This document shows positions 1 to 13,476 of a stretch of 64,000 nucleotides of DNA, in pieces; the first letter of the stretch is position 1, and the number at the start of each line of letters is the position of its first letter. The position numbers were made by a program, and so were the translations under genes. This DNA comes from Thermoanaerobaculia bacterium (GTDB lineage Bacteria > Acidobacteriota > Thermoanaerobaculia > Multivoradales > Multivoraceae). The stretch is from the NCBI GenBank assembly GCA_963666565.1, contig OY762911.1:576001-640000 (forward strand), written 5' to 3'. The notes below the pieces were generated by a model. The model saw only the letters and a list, made by a program, of their open reading frames with translations, had not been told where the DNA came from and searched no databases.

Positions 1-276
1 GTGAAGTCGGCCTACGAGCGGGCCCTCGAGAAGCTCGAAAACCGGGGCATCTCCGCGCCCCGGCGGGACGCCCTGAGCGAGGACCAGCGGCGGCGGATCG
101 AGGACGCCCGAAGCCGCCACCAGGCGAAGACGGCCGAACTCGAGATCCTCCACCGGAAGAACCTCGCCGCGGACCCGGCGAAGCGACTCGAGGACGAAGA
201 GAACTACCGGACGGAACTGCGCCGTCTCGCCGACCGCCTGGAGAGCGAGGTCGAGCGCATCCGCCGCGGCGGCTGA
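1..276 (+). CDS. Small helical hypothetical protein (window edge; start may be incomplete)
   Basis: 91-aa charged ORF (KSAYERALEKLE...) with host-like codon use, converging on carB. Confidence 0.7.
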   Translation: MKSAYERALEKLENRGISAPRRDALSEDQRRRIEDARSRHQAKTAELEILHRKNLAADPAKRLEDEENYRTELRRLADRLESEVERIRRGG

Positions 277-359
277 TCGGCGCCGCCGCCGGCGAGCCGC
301 CCGAACCCGGAGGCGCCCGGACGCAAGCCGCGCCGAAAGCGGGAGCGTCCGCGAGGCCG

Positions 360-3593
<3,234 letters not shown>

Positions 3594-3685
3594 GAGCGCG
3601 CGGAGTGTACAGGCACCGCCGGCCAGGAAAAGACCGGCGCCGACGAAACACTTTCCCGCCGGGCCGCGTATACTTCTCACAGAGG

Positions 3686-3921
3686 CGGCGCCGAGCCACC
3701 GGCAAGGGGCTGTCGGCCTTCGGCCGATCGACTCCGCGTCCTGACTCCCGTGCCGTCACCCACCGGGTCGCGACTGGACCGCGTCCGCGGCCAGCGGAAC
3801 TGCGACCCACCCCCGGACAGCGTCCGGACCTGCCTTTACACCTCGATTTCCGCTCGGCGGCCACCGGCCGACCGACGCGCGATTCACACCCGGGAGGGGT
3901 TGCCTTCACGCAGCCCCTCCC
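3686..3921. other. Highly structured intergenic element
   Basis: Nested stems: tcggcc-ttc-ggccga, gggtcgc...gcgaccc, ccggac-agc-gtccgg, gggaggggttgc-cttcac-gcagcccctccc; closing stem about 3686-3697/3851-3862. Confidence 0.45.
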
Positions 3922-3946
3922 TCCCACGTGCGCGCGAGGACGGACG

Positions 3947-5269
3947 CTACTCCCAGCGCAGGGCGCGCGCCGGCTCGGTCGAGGCGGCCAGCCGGGCGGG
4001 CCACCAGCACGCCAGGGCCACGACCAGCAGGCTGAAGCCGGCCACCGCCAGCAGGTCCAGCGCCCGCACCTCGAACGGAACGCTGTCGATGAAGTAGATC
4101 GCGGCCACGCCGGGATCGAACCGCACCAGTTCGTAGCGGGTGACGATGGCGCTGACCAGCGAGCCGACGGCCAGGCCGAGGCCGGCGCCGGCGGCGCCGA
4201 GGCTCAGCCCGGAGACCAGGAACACCCGCCGCAGCCGGCGCGGGCCGAGTCCGAGGGCGGCGAGCACCGCCGTGTCCCGGCCCCGTTCCCGCACCATGAC
4301 GACCAGGGCCGCGGCGATGTTGAAGGTGGACACGAGCACGATCAGGCCCAGCAGGAGGAACAGGCCCCACTTCTGCAGCCGAAGCGCGGCGAAGATGTCC
4401 CGGTTGCCCCGGCGCCAGTCCGTCACCAGCGCGCCGGCGCCCACCAGCTCCTCGATCTCCCCCAGCACCGCCGCCGGGTCGGCGCCCGGCGACGTCGCCA
4501 CCTCCAGCACGACGCCGACCGAGCCGAGGTCCGCGACCGCGTCCCGGTGGAGGACGGCGTAGCTCCGGTCGTACTCGGAGAATCCGGTCTCGAAGGCGCC
4601 GGCGACCCGGAGCGTGCGGTAGGCGAACCGGGGCCGGCCGGACGCCGAGCCGACGATGGCGGTCAGGCGCAGCAGGTCGCCGTCCGCCGCGCCCAGCGTC
4701 CGCTGGAGCTGGCGGCCGAGGACGACGCCGTCGAAGCCGGCGGCGTCCGCCGCGAGTTCCCGCTCGCCGGCGCCGAAGGTCGAGGCCCCCGGCAGGACGC
4801 CCCGGAACCAGACGTCGACGCCGGCCGGATTCGCCCCGCTCGCCAGCGCGCCCCGGCCGGCCAGGGTGACGCCGACCCGTTCGACCCCGGGCAACCCCCG
4901 CAACCGTTCGGCCGTCCGGTCCGCCTGGGCGACGTCCCCCGCGGCCTCTCCGATCGGGGTGACGACGAGCGGCCCGCTCTGCAGCAGCCGTTTCTCCACC
5001 GAGTTCGTGTAGCCGCTCATCAGAGCCATGGAGACGACCATCGCCGCCACGCCCAGGCCGGTCGACCCGAGCGCCGAACGCGCCGTCCCGGTCAGCAGCC
5101 GGCTTCGCCCTCCGAGCAGGTAGCGCGCGGCGATCCACCAAACGACCGAAGAGGACGCCGGCCTTGCGGGCGGCGCGTCTGCCCGGCCGCCTCCGGCGGC
5201 AGCCGGCGGGGACGCCGGCGCACCCGGTATGCGGCCCGTCGTCTCGGCCCGTTCCCCGGAATCACCCAC
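3947..5269 (-). CDS. LolC/E-family lipoprotein-releasing ABC permease
   Basis: WIAARYL, GVAAMVVSMALMSG, FNIAAALVVMVRERGRDTAVLAALG, PARLAASTEPARALRWE. Confidence 0.9.
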   Translation of the reverse strand: MGDSGERAETTGRIPGAPASPPAAAGGGRADAPPARPASSSVVWWIAARYLLGGRSRLLTGTARSALGSTGLGVAAMVVSMALMSGYTNSVEKRLLQSGPLVVTPIGEAAGDVAQADRTAERLRGLPGVERVGVTLAGRGALASGANPAGVDVWFRGVLPGASTFGAGERELAADAAGFDGVVLGRQLQRTLGAADGDLLRLTAIVGSASGRPRFAYRTLRVAGAFETGFSEYDRSYAVLHRDAVADLGSVGVVLEVATSPGADPAAVLGEIEELVGAGALVTDWRRGNRDIFAALRLQKWGLFLLLGLIVLVSTFNIAAALVVMVRERGRDTAVLAALGLGPRRLRRVFLVSGLSLGAAGAGLGLAVGSLVSAIVTRYELVRFDPGVAAIYFIDSVPFEVRALDLLAVAGFSLLVVALACWWPARLAASTEPARALRWE

Positions 5270-6332
5270 AGACGTCGAGGAACTCCCCGAACAGGCGCGC
5301 GGCGTCGTGGGGCCCCGGCGCCGCCTCCGGGTGGTATTGGACCGAGAAGATCGGCCGGCCGGTCGCCTTGAAGGCCTCCACCGTGCCGTCGTTCAGGTTG
5401 ATCGCCGCCACCTGGCAGTCCTCGGGAAGGCTGTCGCCGGCCAGGGCGAAGCCGTGGTTCTGGCTGGTGATGGAGACCTCGCCGGTCTCCTCGTCGCGGA
5501 CCGGCTGGTTGCCGCCGTGGTGCCCGAACTTCAGCTTGAAGGTCCTGCCGCCCAGGGCCAGGCCCAGAAGCTGGTGGCCGAGACAGATGCCGAACAGCGG
5601 AACCTGCGAGTCGATCAGCTCCCGCACCTCGCCGACGATCTCGCGGAGCGGTTCCGGGTCTCCCGGTCCGTTCGAGAGCACCACGCCGTCGACCCCCAGG
5701 GCGAGGCATTCCCGGGCCGACGTCCGCGCCGGCAGCACGACCACCCGCGCGCCCTGGCGGACCAGCGAACGCAGGATGTTCCGCTTGACGCCGAAGTCGT
5801 AGACGGCCAGGCGAACCTTCTCCTCGCCCTCCGGCGGGAGTTCGTACGGGGCCTCGCAGGTCACCTCGTCCACCAGGGCCCGCCCCTCCATCGTCGGCTG
5901 CCGCCGCACCTCCTCGACCAGCTCGGCGTCCGGTCGGTCGCAACTCGTGATCAGGCCCCGCATGGCGCCGCGGTCGCGCAACCGCCGCACGGCGGCCCGC
6001 GTGTCGATGCCCTTGAGCGCCGGCACGCCCGCCGCCTCCAGGTACGCGCCCAGATCGCCGTCGCCCAGTCCCGAGCGCCGCGCGGTGAACTCGCGGACCA
6101 CGAAGCCCTCGACCCAGACGCGGTGCGACTCCTCCGCGTCGCCGCGCGTCCCGTAGTTGCCGATGTGCGGCTGGGTCATGATGACGATCTGGCCCCGGTA
6201 GGACGGGTCGGTCAGGATCTCCTGGTAGCCCGTCATCGAGGTGTTGAAGACGACCTCCGCGAACCGGCTGCCCTCGACCAGCGCCTCGCCGTGGAAGACG
6301 GCGCCGTCCTCGAGGATCAGGCGGCCGGTCAC
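5262..6332 (-). CDS. carA: Carbamoyl-phosphate synthase small subunit
   Basis: LILEDG, FNTSMTGYQEILTDPSY, SNGPGDP, GICLGHQ, QYHPEAAPGPHD; GTG start overlaps the mce stop. Confidence 0.97.
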   Translation of the reverse strand: MTGRLILEDGAVFHGEALVEGSRFAEVVFNTSMTGYQEILTDPSYRGQIVIMTQPHIGNYGTRGDAEESHRVWVEGFVVREFTARRSGLGDGDLGAYLEAAGVPALKGIDTRAAVRRLRDRGAMRGLITSCDRPDAELVEEVRRQPTMEGRALVDEVTCEAPYELPPEGEEKVRLAVYDFGVKRNILRSLVRQGARVVVLPARTSARECLALGVDGVVLSNGPGDPEPLREIVGEVRELIDSQVPLFGICLGHQLLGLALGGRTFKLKFGHHGGNQPVRDEETGEVSITSQNHGFALAGDSLPEDCQVAAINLNDGTVEAFKATGRPIFSVQYHPEAAPGPHDAARLFGEFLDVCG

Positions 6333-6730
6333 CGCGCCGGCTCCGACAGTTCGAGCAGCACGCCTCCGGCGCTCTTCGGGTGGACGAACTGGACCGTGGC
6401 GCCCTCGGCGCCGGGCCCGGGCCGCTCGCGCAGGAGCGACAGCCCGCCCTCGCGCAGCCTGCCGTCGTCCTCGTGAACGTCGTCGCTCCGCATGCACAGG
6501 TGGTGAATGCCCGGGCCGCGCCGCTCGAGGAACCGCCCCACCGGGGAATCGGCCGAGAGCGGCTCCAGGAGTTCGATCCGCGTGCCGCCGCAGGGAATCA
6601 TCGCCACCCGCACCCCCTCGTGCTCGACCACCTCGATCGCGGCGATCTCGAGGCCCAGGCTCTCGTAGAACGACCTCGCCTCCTCGATCGAGGGGACGGC
6701 GATCGCGACATGGTCCAGGCCGGTGATCAT
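6329..6730 (-). CDS. mce: Methylmalonyl-CoA epimerase (VOC fold)
   Basis: LDHVAIAV, IELLEP, GPGIHHLC, FVHPKSAGGVLLEL. Confidence 0.92.
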   Translation of the reverse strand: MITGLDHVAIAVPSIEEARSFYESLGLEIAAIEVVEHEGVRVAMIPCGGTRIELLEPLSADSPVGRFLERRGPGIHHLCMRSDDVHEDDGRLREGGLSLLRERPGPGAEGATVQFVHPKSAGGVLLELSEPAR

Positions 6731-7878
6731 GGTTCTCCGCTTCGGGGCCGCCGGAGTCCGTCGACGAACTCGCCGACCAGCCGGTCGGCCAGCTCGTACG
6801 GATCGACCGCGTCGCGGGCATCGCCGGCCGGACCGGCGTCCCGCGGCGCCCGATTCTGCTGCGAATCGTCGCCGCCGTCCAGAGGGCCGGAACCGCTCGC
6901 GCCGAGCAGCGCCCGCGCGAGCCGGTCGCCGTCGACCGAATCCACGGCGAGACGCAGGATCTCGTGGCGATAGAGGTCCAGCACCCTGCGCCGGAGCCGC
7001 GCCGCGCGCCGGGCGCCGATCTCGCCCGCCGCCCTCAGCCGTTCGAAGCGCCCGGACACCGCGTCCAGCAGCTCCGGCGCGCCCTCGCCGGTCCGCGCGA
7101 CCGTCGCCAGCACTAGCGGCGGCTCGCTCCCGGCGCCGCTCGCCGGCGACAGCATCTCGGCGATGGACCGGCGCGCGGCGTCCGCTCCCGGCAGGTCGCT
7201 CTTGTTGACGACGAACAGGTCCGCGATCTCCATCGTCCCGCTCTTGATCGCCTGAACGCCGTCGCCCAGGCCGGGCGCGGTGACCAGCACGACCAGGTCG
7301 GAGTTCCGGCGAATCGCGGTCTGGGCCTGGCCGGCGCCCACCGTCTCCACCAGAATCCGGGGAAAGCCCGCGGCATCGAGCAGATCGGTCGCCGCGGCGG
7401 CCGCCCGGGCGAGTCCGCCCCGCGCGCCGCGCGAAGCCATCGACCGGATGAAGACGCCCGGATCGGTCTCCAGGTCCGACATGCGAACGCGGTCGCCGAG
7501 CACGGCGCCGCCGGTCAGCGGGCTGGTCGGATCGAACGCGAGCACCGCCACCGGCTCTCCCCGCTTCCGGAGTTCCCGGGCCAGCGCGGCGGTCAGGGTG
7601 CTCTTGCCGACCCCGGGCGGACCGGTCAGGCCGATCGTCATCGCGCGGCCTGCCCGCCGCCAGGCCGCCTTCGCCAGGGCCAGGGCGCCCGTGCCGCCGT
7701 CAGGCGGCCGCGCGAGGTCCGCCGTCGCCGCGCCGCCGGCGCGCCGCCGGTCCGCCGCGGCCACGGACCGCGTCCGGCCGCCGCGCTCGATGGCGGTCAG
7801 CGCTCGGCCGAGGCGCCGGGTCTCGCGCCAGGGCGCCGGCCCGTCCAGCCAGGCTTCGACGGCTCCGCCGGCGCTCAC
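6727..7878 (-). CDS. meaB: MeaB/ArgK methylmalonyl-CoA mutase-associated GTPase
   Basis: GLTGPPGVGKST, DPTSPLTGGAVLGDRVRM, VETVGAGQ, NKSD; GTG start at 7878 inferred from overlap with the upstream stop. Confidence 0.92.
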   Translation of the reverse strand: MSAGGAVEAWLDGPAPWRETRRLGRALTAIERGGRTRSVAAADRRRAGGAATADLARPPDGGTGALALAKAAWRRAGRAMTIGLTGPPGVGKSTLTAALARELRKRGEPVAVLAFDPTSPLTGGAVLGDRVRMSDLETDPGVFIRSMASRGARGGLARAAAAATDLLDAAGFPRILVETVGAGQAQTAIRRNSDLVVLVTAPGLGDGVQAIKSGTMEIADLFVVNKSDLPGADAARRSIAEMLSPASGAGSEPPLVLATVARTGEGAPELLDAVSGRFERLRAAGEIGARRAARLRRRVLDLYRHEILRLAVDSVDGDRLARALLGASGSGPLDGGDDSQQNRAPRDAGPAGDARDAVDPYELADRLVGEFVDGLRRPRSGEP

Positions 7879-9695
7879 GACGCCAGCCTGCCCAGCTCGA
7901 CGGCGCCGTAGTAGTGCCAGAGGATCTCGCGGTAGGTCAGGCCCCTCTGTGCCATGAGGAAGGCGCCGACCTGGCACATGCCGACGCCGTGGCCGCGGCC
8001 GCGGCCGCGGAAGCGCCAGCCCGGAAGGCCGCCTTCGCCGGCTTCGGCCGTCAGCTCGACGAGGTGCTCCGGAACGTCCAGCAGCCAGCGGATCGCGAGG
8101 CCCTGGAGTTCCACCGTCCTCTCCCCGCCCACCAGCTCGAGCCTGGCCACCCGGCCCGAGGCGCCGCGCTCCAGCACCCGCAGGGACTCGAGGCCCAGGC
8201 CCGGGAAGCGCTTCTCCGCCGCCACGCGCACGGAACGCCGGGAACGCCAGACCGACCACGGCTCGGCGGCCGCCCGGGCGCGCCGGGCCGGCGTTTCGTG
8301 GACGACGAGAACGGCCCGGCCGCGAACCAGGTACGCCCGCAGGCGGTCGCCGGGCGCCGCCGCCAGCGAGCGCGCGGGCGTCCCGAGGTCGCCGGACGCC
8401 GCTCCCGGCGCGACCCGGGCGACCAGCAACGCCGGCGCCGGGGCGAGCGGGACAAGCCGCCGCCGGCCCTGCCGCCGCAGCTCGAGCCGGCCGCCGCCGA
8501 GGCCGCCCAGGTTGCCCTCCACGACCTCCAGGCCGCCCCTGGAGCGGGCCCGGCGCAGCCGTTCGTCCACTCGCCCGTCGCGCGCCCCGCGGACGCCGAG
8601 AGACCGCAGAAGGTGTCCGCCGGGCGTACCTTCCGCGCCGCCGGCCAGCGTCACGCCTCCACCTTCGACGCAGGGAGTTCCCGCCGGGCCGCCGCCCGCG
8701 AGGCGAGGAAAGACGTGATCGACGAGCTCCGTGCTGCCGCCGCAACTCGCCGTGAACAGCGCCTCCTGGGGCAGACCCCCGCGCATCGCGATCTCGCCTC
8801 CGGTCTCGAGGATCGCCCGGTCCGAGACCGGGTGTTCCACGTCCAGGCCGCCGTAGACCTGGCACAACGGGGTGGCGCAGAGGTCGTAGCCCTCGGCTTC
8901 GAACTCGCCCAGGCGCCGCACCGCATAGGTGCGCGCCGCGACGGCCTGCGCCTTGATCGCCTCGAGCTCCGGGTAGAGGTTCGGCCCGAGCTCGACCGGC
9001 ACGACCCCGCGAAGGTAGTCCTCGAGCGGCGCGGCGTTGACCGCGTTCAGGCCGGCCCGATCGCTCAGGAAGACCTCCAGCGCCCCCCGGTAGCGGCGGC
9101 CGAGAATGTCCACGACCCCATCGGCGGACTCGAACCGGAGCTTCCGCCCCTCGATCCTGCCGATGCCGTCGACGTCGAATCCCGGCGCCTCCAGGATCTG
9201 GCCCTCCACCGTGATCCAGACGTCGTCGAAGCCTTCGACGTGGAGCCGGCCCCGACCCTCCTCGGCGCCCTCCCGGTGCGCGAAGCGTCCCACCCGGACC
9301 CGGTACAGCCCGGTCGCCGCGTCGAGCACCGAGTCCGCCCGCTGCCCGAGCAGACCGGCCAGCCGGCCGGCCAGCTTCTCCGCCTGCGCCCGATCCCGCA
9401 ACGCCGCCACCTGCAGGCGATGAACCCCCGGATTCGCCTCGCCCGGCGCCGGCGCCACGCCGAAGGCGCCGGCCACCTCGTACCGCCGGCCCGTCTCGTC
9501 CACGAGCCAGGAAGGCCCGTCGCAGCAGGCGACCTCGACCCGCTCCAGATCCGTGGCGAGCCCGAGCCGGATCTCCTCCGGCATCGCGATCGACGGCGGC
9601 GACGCCGCCGGGCCCGGACGCGCCGCCGGCGTCGCAGCCAGCAGCAGACAGGCCGCAACCCCCAGTCCGAGGTTCGTCGTCCACCGCTTCGCCAT
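7875..9695 (-). CDS. SpoIID/LytB-domain protein with SPOR domain (peptidoglycan lytic transglycosylase)
   Basis: Signal peptide; SPOR-like LQVAALRD...YRVRVGRF; LEDYLRGVVPVE, AIKAQAVAARTY, GRGHGVGMCQVGA. Confidence 0.88.
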   Translation of the reverse strand: MAKRWTTNLGLGVAACLLLAATPAARPGPAASPPSIAMPEEIRLGLATDLERVEVACCDGPSWLVDETGRRYEVAGAFGVAPAPGEANPGVHRLQVAALRDRAQAEKLAGRLAGLLGQRADSVLDAATGLYRVRVGRFAHREGAEEGRGRLHVEGFDDVWITVEGQILEAPGFDVDGIGRIEGRKLRFESADGVVDILGRRYRGALEVFLSDRAGLNAVNAAPLEDYLRGVVPVELGPNLYPELEAIKAQAVAARTYAVRRLGEFEAEGYDLCATPLCQVYGGLDVEHPVSDRAILETGGEIAMRGGLPQEALFTASCGGSTELVDHVFPRLAGGGPAGTPCVEGGGVTLAGGAEGTPGGHLLRSLGVRGARDGRVDERLRRARSRGGLEVVEGNLGGLGGGRLELRRQGRRRLVPLAPAPALLVARVAPGAASGDLGTPARSLAAAPGDRLRAYLVRGRAVLVVHETPARRARAAAEPWSVWRSRRSVRVAAEKRFPGLGLESLRVLERGASGRVARLELVGGERTVELQGLAIRWLLDVPEHLVELTAEAGEGGLPGWRFRGRGRGHGVGMCQVGAFLMAQRGLTYREILWHYYGAVELGRLAS

Positions 9696-9763
9696 CTGCG
9701 ATCCGCTCACTCCCATCGCCCGTTGCATACGTTATTGCAGATACGCCGAAACAGCGGTTCCCG

Positions 9764-9890
9764 CGGGCTGCACGGGTCTTCCGACCCGCCCCACGCGCGA
9801 AGCCCGAAAGAGGCCAACGCCCGCCAAGAGCCGGCGACGTACTCCTGGCCGCCTCCGGCGGCAGCGGGTCAGAGGACCCGCGCACCCAGC
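9764..9890. repeat. Two REP-like copies in inverted arrangement
   Basis: cacgggtcttccgacccgc (9771-9789) and tcctggccgcctccggcggcagcgggtcagaggacccgcgcacccagc (9843-9890). Confidence 0.85.
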
Positions 9891-9926
9891 GGACGCCGGG
9901 CCGTAGCGCCCAGCCGAAAGCGTCCA

Positions 9927-10106
9927 GTCCACGGCGTCGGCCGGAGGGGAGGGTCCCAGGGCGTCGGAGGCAAGCGTCTGCCGGCCCGGCCCCGTCGACC
10001 GCCGCCGACGTGAAGCGCAGCCGACAACAGCGAGCGCCCAGGCCCCATCCTCCGTGAAGGCGCGAGCGTGCCCCTGGGACCCTCCCCTCCGGCCGATGCC
10101 GTGGAC
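9927..10106. mobile_element. MITE-like element with 35-bp terminal inverted repeats
   Basis: gtccacggcgtcggccggaggggagggtcccaggg (9927-9961) and its reverse complement with 1 mismatch (10072-10106); interior related to 19833-19993. Confidence 0.75.
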
Positions 10107-10143
10107 GGGTCTCGCCCTGGGACGCCGCCGTTGCGGACGGGCG

Positions 10144-10893
10144 CTACCGGTGCTGGTGCGCCTGGAGTTCGTGGCGGTAGTCGCCGACGGCGTCGATCAG
10201 GATGGGCTTGGCCATCTGGTGGAGGCGGCTGATCAGGCTGGCGGGGACGCGGCCGTCCAGGGCTCGGCCGGCGTCGGCGCGGTCGCCGTCCGCTTCGGCG
10301 GTCAGGTGGTAGTTGCTGGTGAAGAGGGTCGGCCGGCGGGCCATGTAGCGGCCGTTGATCAGCAGGTAGAGGGTGTCGGAGACGAAGGGCGACGGCCGGC
10401 GCGCGCCGAGCTCGTCGACCACGACCACGTCGGCCTCGTGGAGCGGCCGCAGCAGGTCGGCCTGGTTCCGCGTCGCCTCGGGCTGGAAGGTGGCCTGGAT
10501 GTCGGCGACAAGGCTGGTGAAGTCGACGAACCGGCCGCGGACGCCGTACTGCTCGGCCAGTTCCATCAGCACCGCCACCGCCAGGTGGGTCTTGCCCCGC
10601 CCGCTCGGCCCGATGAACATCAGCCCGGTCTCGTTCAGCGACCCGTCGAGCTCCATGAACTCCTCGACGTACCGGTCGCAGTCGCGCCGCGCATTGAGGA
10701 GCTGATCGCCCACGTCTCCCGCCAGACGGAAGTTCGTCAGCCGGCAGCCCTGGTACTTCAGCGGGATGCCGAGATCGTCGAGGCGCCGGCCGCGGACGCG
10801 CACCGAGTGACAGGCGCAGCGGCGCGCGCGGTTGGTGTCGAGATCGACGATCCAGCCGCGCCCCTGGCAGAGCTCGCAGCCTTCCTCGTTCAA
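10144..10893 (-). CDS. DnaC/IstB-family AAA+ ATPase with N-terminal Zn-binding motif (putative helicase loader)
   Basis: CELC...CAC; Walker A GPSGRGKT; Walker B VVVVDELG; LINGRY...TLFTSN. Confidence 0.85.
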   Translation of the reverse strand: MNEEGCELCQGRGWIVDLDTNRARRCACHSVRVRGRRLDDLGIPLKYQGCRLTNFRLAGDVGDQLLNARRDCDRYVEEFMELDGSLNETGLMFIGPSGRGKTHLAVAVLMELAEQYGVRGRFVDFTSLVADIQATFQPEATRNQADLLRPLHEADVVVVDELGARRPSPFVSDTLYLLINGRYMARRPTLFTSNYHLTAEADGDRADAGRALDGRVPASLISRLHQMAKPILIDAVGDYRHELQAHQHR

Positions 10894-11315
10894 TCCTCGT
10901 CCTCGACCTTGACCAGCGCGCCGCTCCGCACCCAGACCAGGGCGTGCCGGCGCCGGACGCCGCGGCGGCGGTCCGCCGCGTCGCGCTCGACGATCTCCAG
11001 CAGCCGGTCCCGTTCCGCCTCGAGCCGCGCCAGCCGCTCCTGGAGCGTGAGGATGACCTCGACGCCCGCGAGGTTGACCCCCATGTCGCGGGTCAGGGTG
11101 AGGATCGACTCCAGCCGGTGCAGCGCGTCCTCGTCGTAGAGCCGCGTGTTGCCGTCGCTGCGGTCCGGCTGGAGCAGTCCCTCCCGCTCGTACAGGCGCA
11201 GCGTCTGCGGATGGATGCCGTAGCGCTCCGCCACCTTGCTGATCATCACGTAGCGGCCGCCCCCCACCCGCCGGCGGCGGGGGCGGCGCGGCGGCGCCGA
11301 GCGAGGACCGGCCAT
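10890..11315 (-). CDS. hspR: HspR-like MerR-family heat-shock repressor
   Basis: YVMISKVAERYGIHPQTLRLYEREGLLQPDRSDGNTRLY, GVNLAGV; directly downstream of dnaK. Confidence 0.88.
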   Translation of the reverse strand: MAGPRSAPPRRPRRRRVGGGRYVMISKVAERYGIHPQTLRLYEREGLLQPDRSDGNTRLYDEDALHRLESILTLTRDMGVNLAGVEVILTLQERLARLEAERDRLLEIVERDAADRRRGVRRRHALVWVRSGALVKVEDED

Positions 11316-11321
11316 GCCGCG

Positions 11322-13247
11322 CTAGCTCGCCTTGCCGTCCCCGGCGGAGTCGTCGAGGTCGACGAAGTCGGCGTCGATCACGTCGGCGTCGTCTCCCGCC
11401 GGTCCCGCGCCCGGGCCGCCCGGCGGCGGCGGGGGCGGCGGCGACTCCGCGCCGGTCTGTTCGTAGATCGCTTGCGCAAGCTTGTGCGAGGCCTGGGTCA
11501 GCCGTTCCGACGCGGCCGCCATCGCGGCGGCGTCCTCGCCTTCCATGCTCTTCTTCGCGTCGGCGATCGCCGACTCGATCTCGGCGGCATCGCTCTCGGG
11601 CAGCTTGTCCCTGTTCTCGGCGAGGTTCTTCTCCGTGCCGTAGACCAGGGAGTCGAGCTGGTTGCGGGCGTCCACCGCCTCGCGCCGCTTCCTGTCCTCC
11701 TCGCTGTGGGCCTGGGCGTCCTCGACCATCCGCTCGATCTCGTCCTTGTCGATGCCGCCGGAGCCGGTGATCGTGATCTTCTGCTCCTTGCCGGTGCCCT
11801 TGTCCTTCGCGGAGACGTTGACGATGCCGTTCGCGTCGATGTCGAAGGTGACCTCGATCTGCGGCATGCCGCGCGGCGCCGGCGGGATGCCCACCAGGTG
11901 GAAACGCCCAAGCGTCCGGTTCGCGCCCGCCATCTCGCGTTCGCCCTGCAGCACGTGGACCTCAACCGAGGTCTGGCTGTCGGCGGCGGTCGAGAAGGTC
12001 TCGCTCTTGCGCGTCGGAATCGTCGTGTTGCGGTCGATCAGCTTGGTGAACACGCCGCCCAGGGTCTCGATGCCGAGGGACAGGGGCGTGACGTCGAGGA
12101 GCAGGACGTCCGTCACGTCGCCGGTCAGCACGCCGCCCTGGACCGCGGCGCCGATCGCCACGACCTCGTCGGGGTTGACGCCCCGGTGCGGCGCCCGGCC
12201 GAAGAACTCCTCGACCGCGCTCTGGACCGCGGGCATCCGCGTCTGGCCGCCGACCATCACGACTTCCTCGATGTCGCTCGCCGCCAGCCCCGCGTCCTGC
12301 AGCGCCTGGCGGCAAGGACCGAGCGTGCCGCGGATCAGGTCCTCGACGAGCTGCTCCAGCTTGCTCCGGGTGAGCTTGTAGTTGAGGTGCTTCGGACCCG
12401 AGGCGTCGGCGGTGACGAACGGCAGGTTGATCTCCGTCTCCTGCACGCCGGACAGCTCGATCTTCGCCTTCTCGCCGGCCTCCTTGAGGCGCTGCATGGC
12501 CATCGGATCCTGGCCCAGGTCGATGCCCTGGTCCTTCTTGAACTCGGCCAGCAGCCAGTCGATGATCCGCTGGTCGACGTTGTCGCCGCCGAGGTGGGTG
12601 TCGCCGTTCGTCGACTTCACCTCGACCACGCCCTCGCCGACCTCCAGGATGGAGATGTCGAAGGTGCCGCCGCCGAAGTCGTAGACCGCGATCGTCCGGT
12701 CGCCCTCCTTGTCCAGGCCATAGGCGAGCGCGGCCGCGGTCGGCTCGTTGACCAGCCGCTCGACCGTCAGCCCCGCGATCTGGCCCGCGTCCCGCGTGGC
12801 CTGGCGCTGGGCGTCGTTGAAGTAGGCGGGCACCGTGATCACGGCGCGTTCCACCGGCGCTCCGAGGTAGTCCTCGGCCGCCTGCTTCAGCTTCTGGAGC
12901 ACCATGGCGGAGATCTGCGGCGGCGTGTAGTCCTTGCCCGACGCCGCGATCCGCACGTCCTCGCCGGAACTCGTCACCGCGTAGGGGACCATCTTCTGCT
13001 CTTCCGAAACCTCGGCCAGGCGCCGTCCCATGAAGCGCTTGATCGAGAAGATCGTGTTCTCCGGGTTGGTCACCGCCTGCCGCTTGGCGACCTGACCGAC
13101 CAGCCGCTCGCCCTTGTCGGTGAACGCGACGATCGACGGCGTGGTCCGGCTTCCTTCCGAGTTCGGAATCACCTTCGGATCCGAACCCTCCATCAGGGCG
13201 ACGACGCTGTTCGTCGTGCCCAGGTCGATGCCAATGATCTTGCTCAA
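11322..13247 (-). CDS. dnaK: Chaperone DnaK
   Basis: [33 protein letters not shown]; TTG start with upstream AGGAG. Confidence 0.99.
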   Translation of the reverse strand: MSKIIGIDLGTTNSVVALMEGSDPKVIPNSEGSRTTPSIVAFTDKGERLVGQVAKRQAVTNPENTIFSIKRFMGRRLAEVSEEQKMVPYAVTSSGEDVRIAASGKDYTPPQISAMVLQKLKQAAEDYLGAPVERAVITVPAYFNDAQRQATRDAGQIAGLTVERLVNEPTAAALAYGLDKEGDRTIAVYDFGGGTFDISILEVGEGVVEVKSTNGDTHLGGDNVDQRIIDWLLAEFKKDQGIDLGQDPMAMQRLKEAGEKAKIELSGVQETEINLPFVTADASGPKHLNYKLTRSKLEQLVEDLIRGTLGPCRQALQDAGLAASDIEEVVMVGGQTRMPAVQSAVEEFFGRAPHRGVNPDEVVAIGAAVQGGVLTGDVTDVLLLDVTPLSLGIETLGGVFTKLIDRNTTIPTRKSETFSTAADSQTSVEVHVLQGEREMAGANRTLGRFHLVGIPPAPRGMPQIEVTFDIDANGIVNVSAKDKGTGKEQKITITGSGGIDKDEIERMVEDAQAHSEEDRKRREAVDARNQLDSLVYGTEKNLAENRDKLPESDAAEIESAIADAKKSMEGEDAAAMAAASERLTQASHKLAQAIYEQTGAESPPPPPPPGGPGAGPAGDDADVIDADFVDLDDSAGDGKAS

Positions 13248-13355
13248 GTCTCTCTCCTGAATCGTCCGCGCAGCGGCGCGAACGGGTGGCTTTCCGTTTC
13301 TCCGGGCGCTTCGGGCGGGCGCCGGCCGACCGGCAGCCTGCCCGATGCGACGAAG

Positions 13356-13422
13356 ACCCTAAGACCTAAGCGGCTCGCTGTCAAGTCCCGAAGACGCTTG
13401 ATCTGATGATCGAACGCTCAAG
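13356..13422 (-). promoter_or_regulatory. Sigma70-type dnaK promoter overlapped by HAIR-like (HspR) operators
   Basis: Minus strand TTGACA (13384-13379), 17 bp, TAGGGT (13361-13356); cctaagc-N7-tgtcaag (13365-13385) and tctgatg-N7-gctcaag (13402-13422) resemble CTTGAGT-N7-ACTCAAG. Confidence 0.7.
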
Positions 13423-13476
13423 TTTTGCGCTGTCCGGGGCGACGGACGACCGGCGCCCGCGGATCGCGGCGGGCGT

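Noticed and set aside
3815-3840. SRP RNA (caggtccgga on the minus strand)
   Set aside because: Lacks the following GGAAGCAGC helix-8 motif
10144-10893. IS21 element (IstB) with the nearby inverted repeats as its ends
   Set aside because: No IstA transposase; the inverted repeats at 9927-10106 do not flank the gene; the Zn-finger N-terminus and coupling to hspR favour a DnaC-like gene
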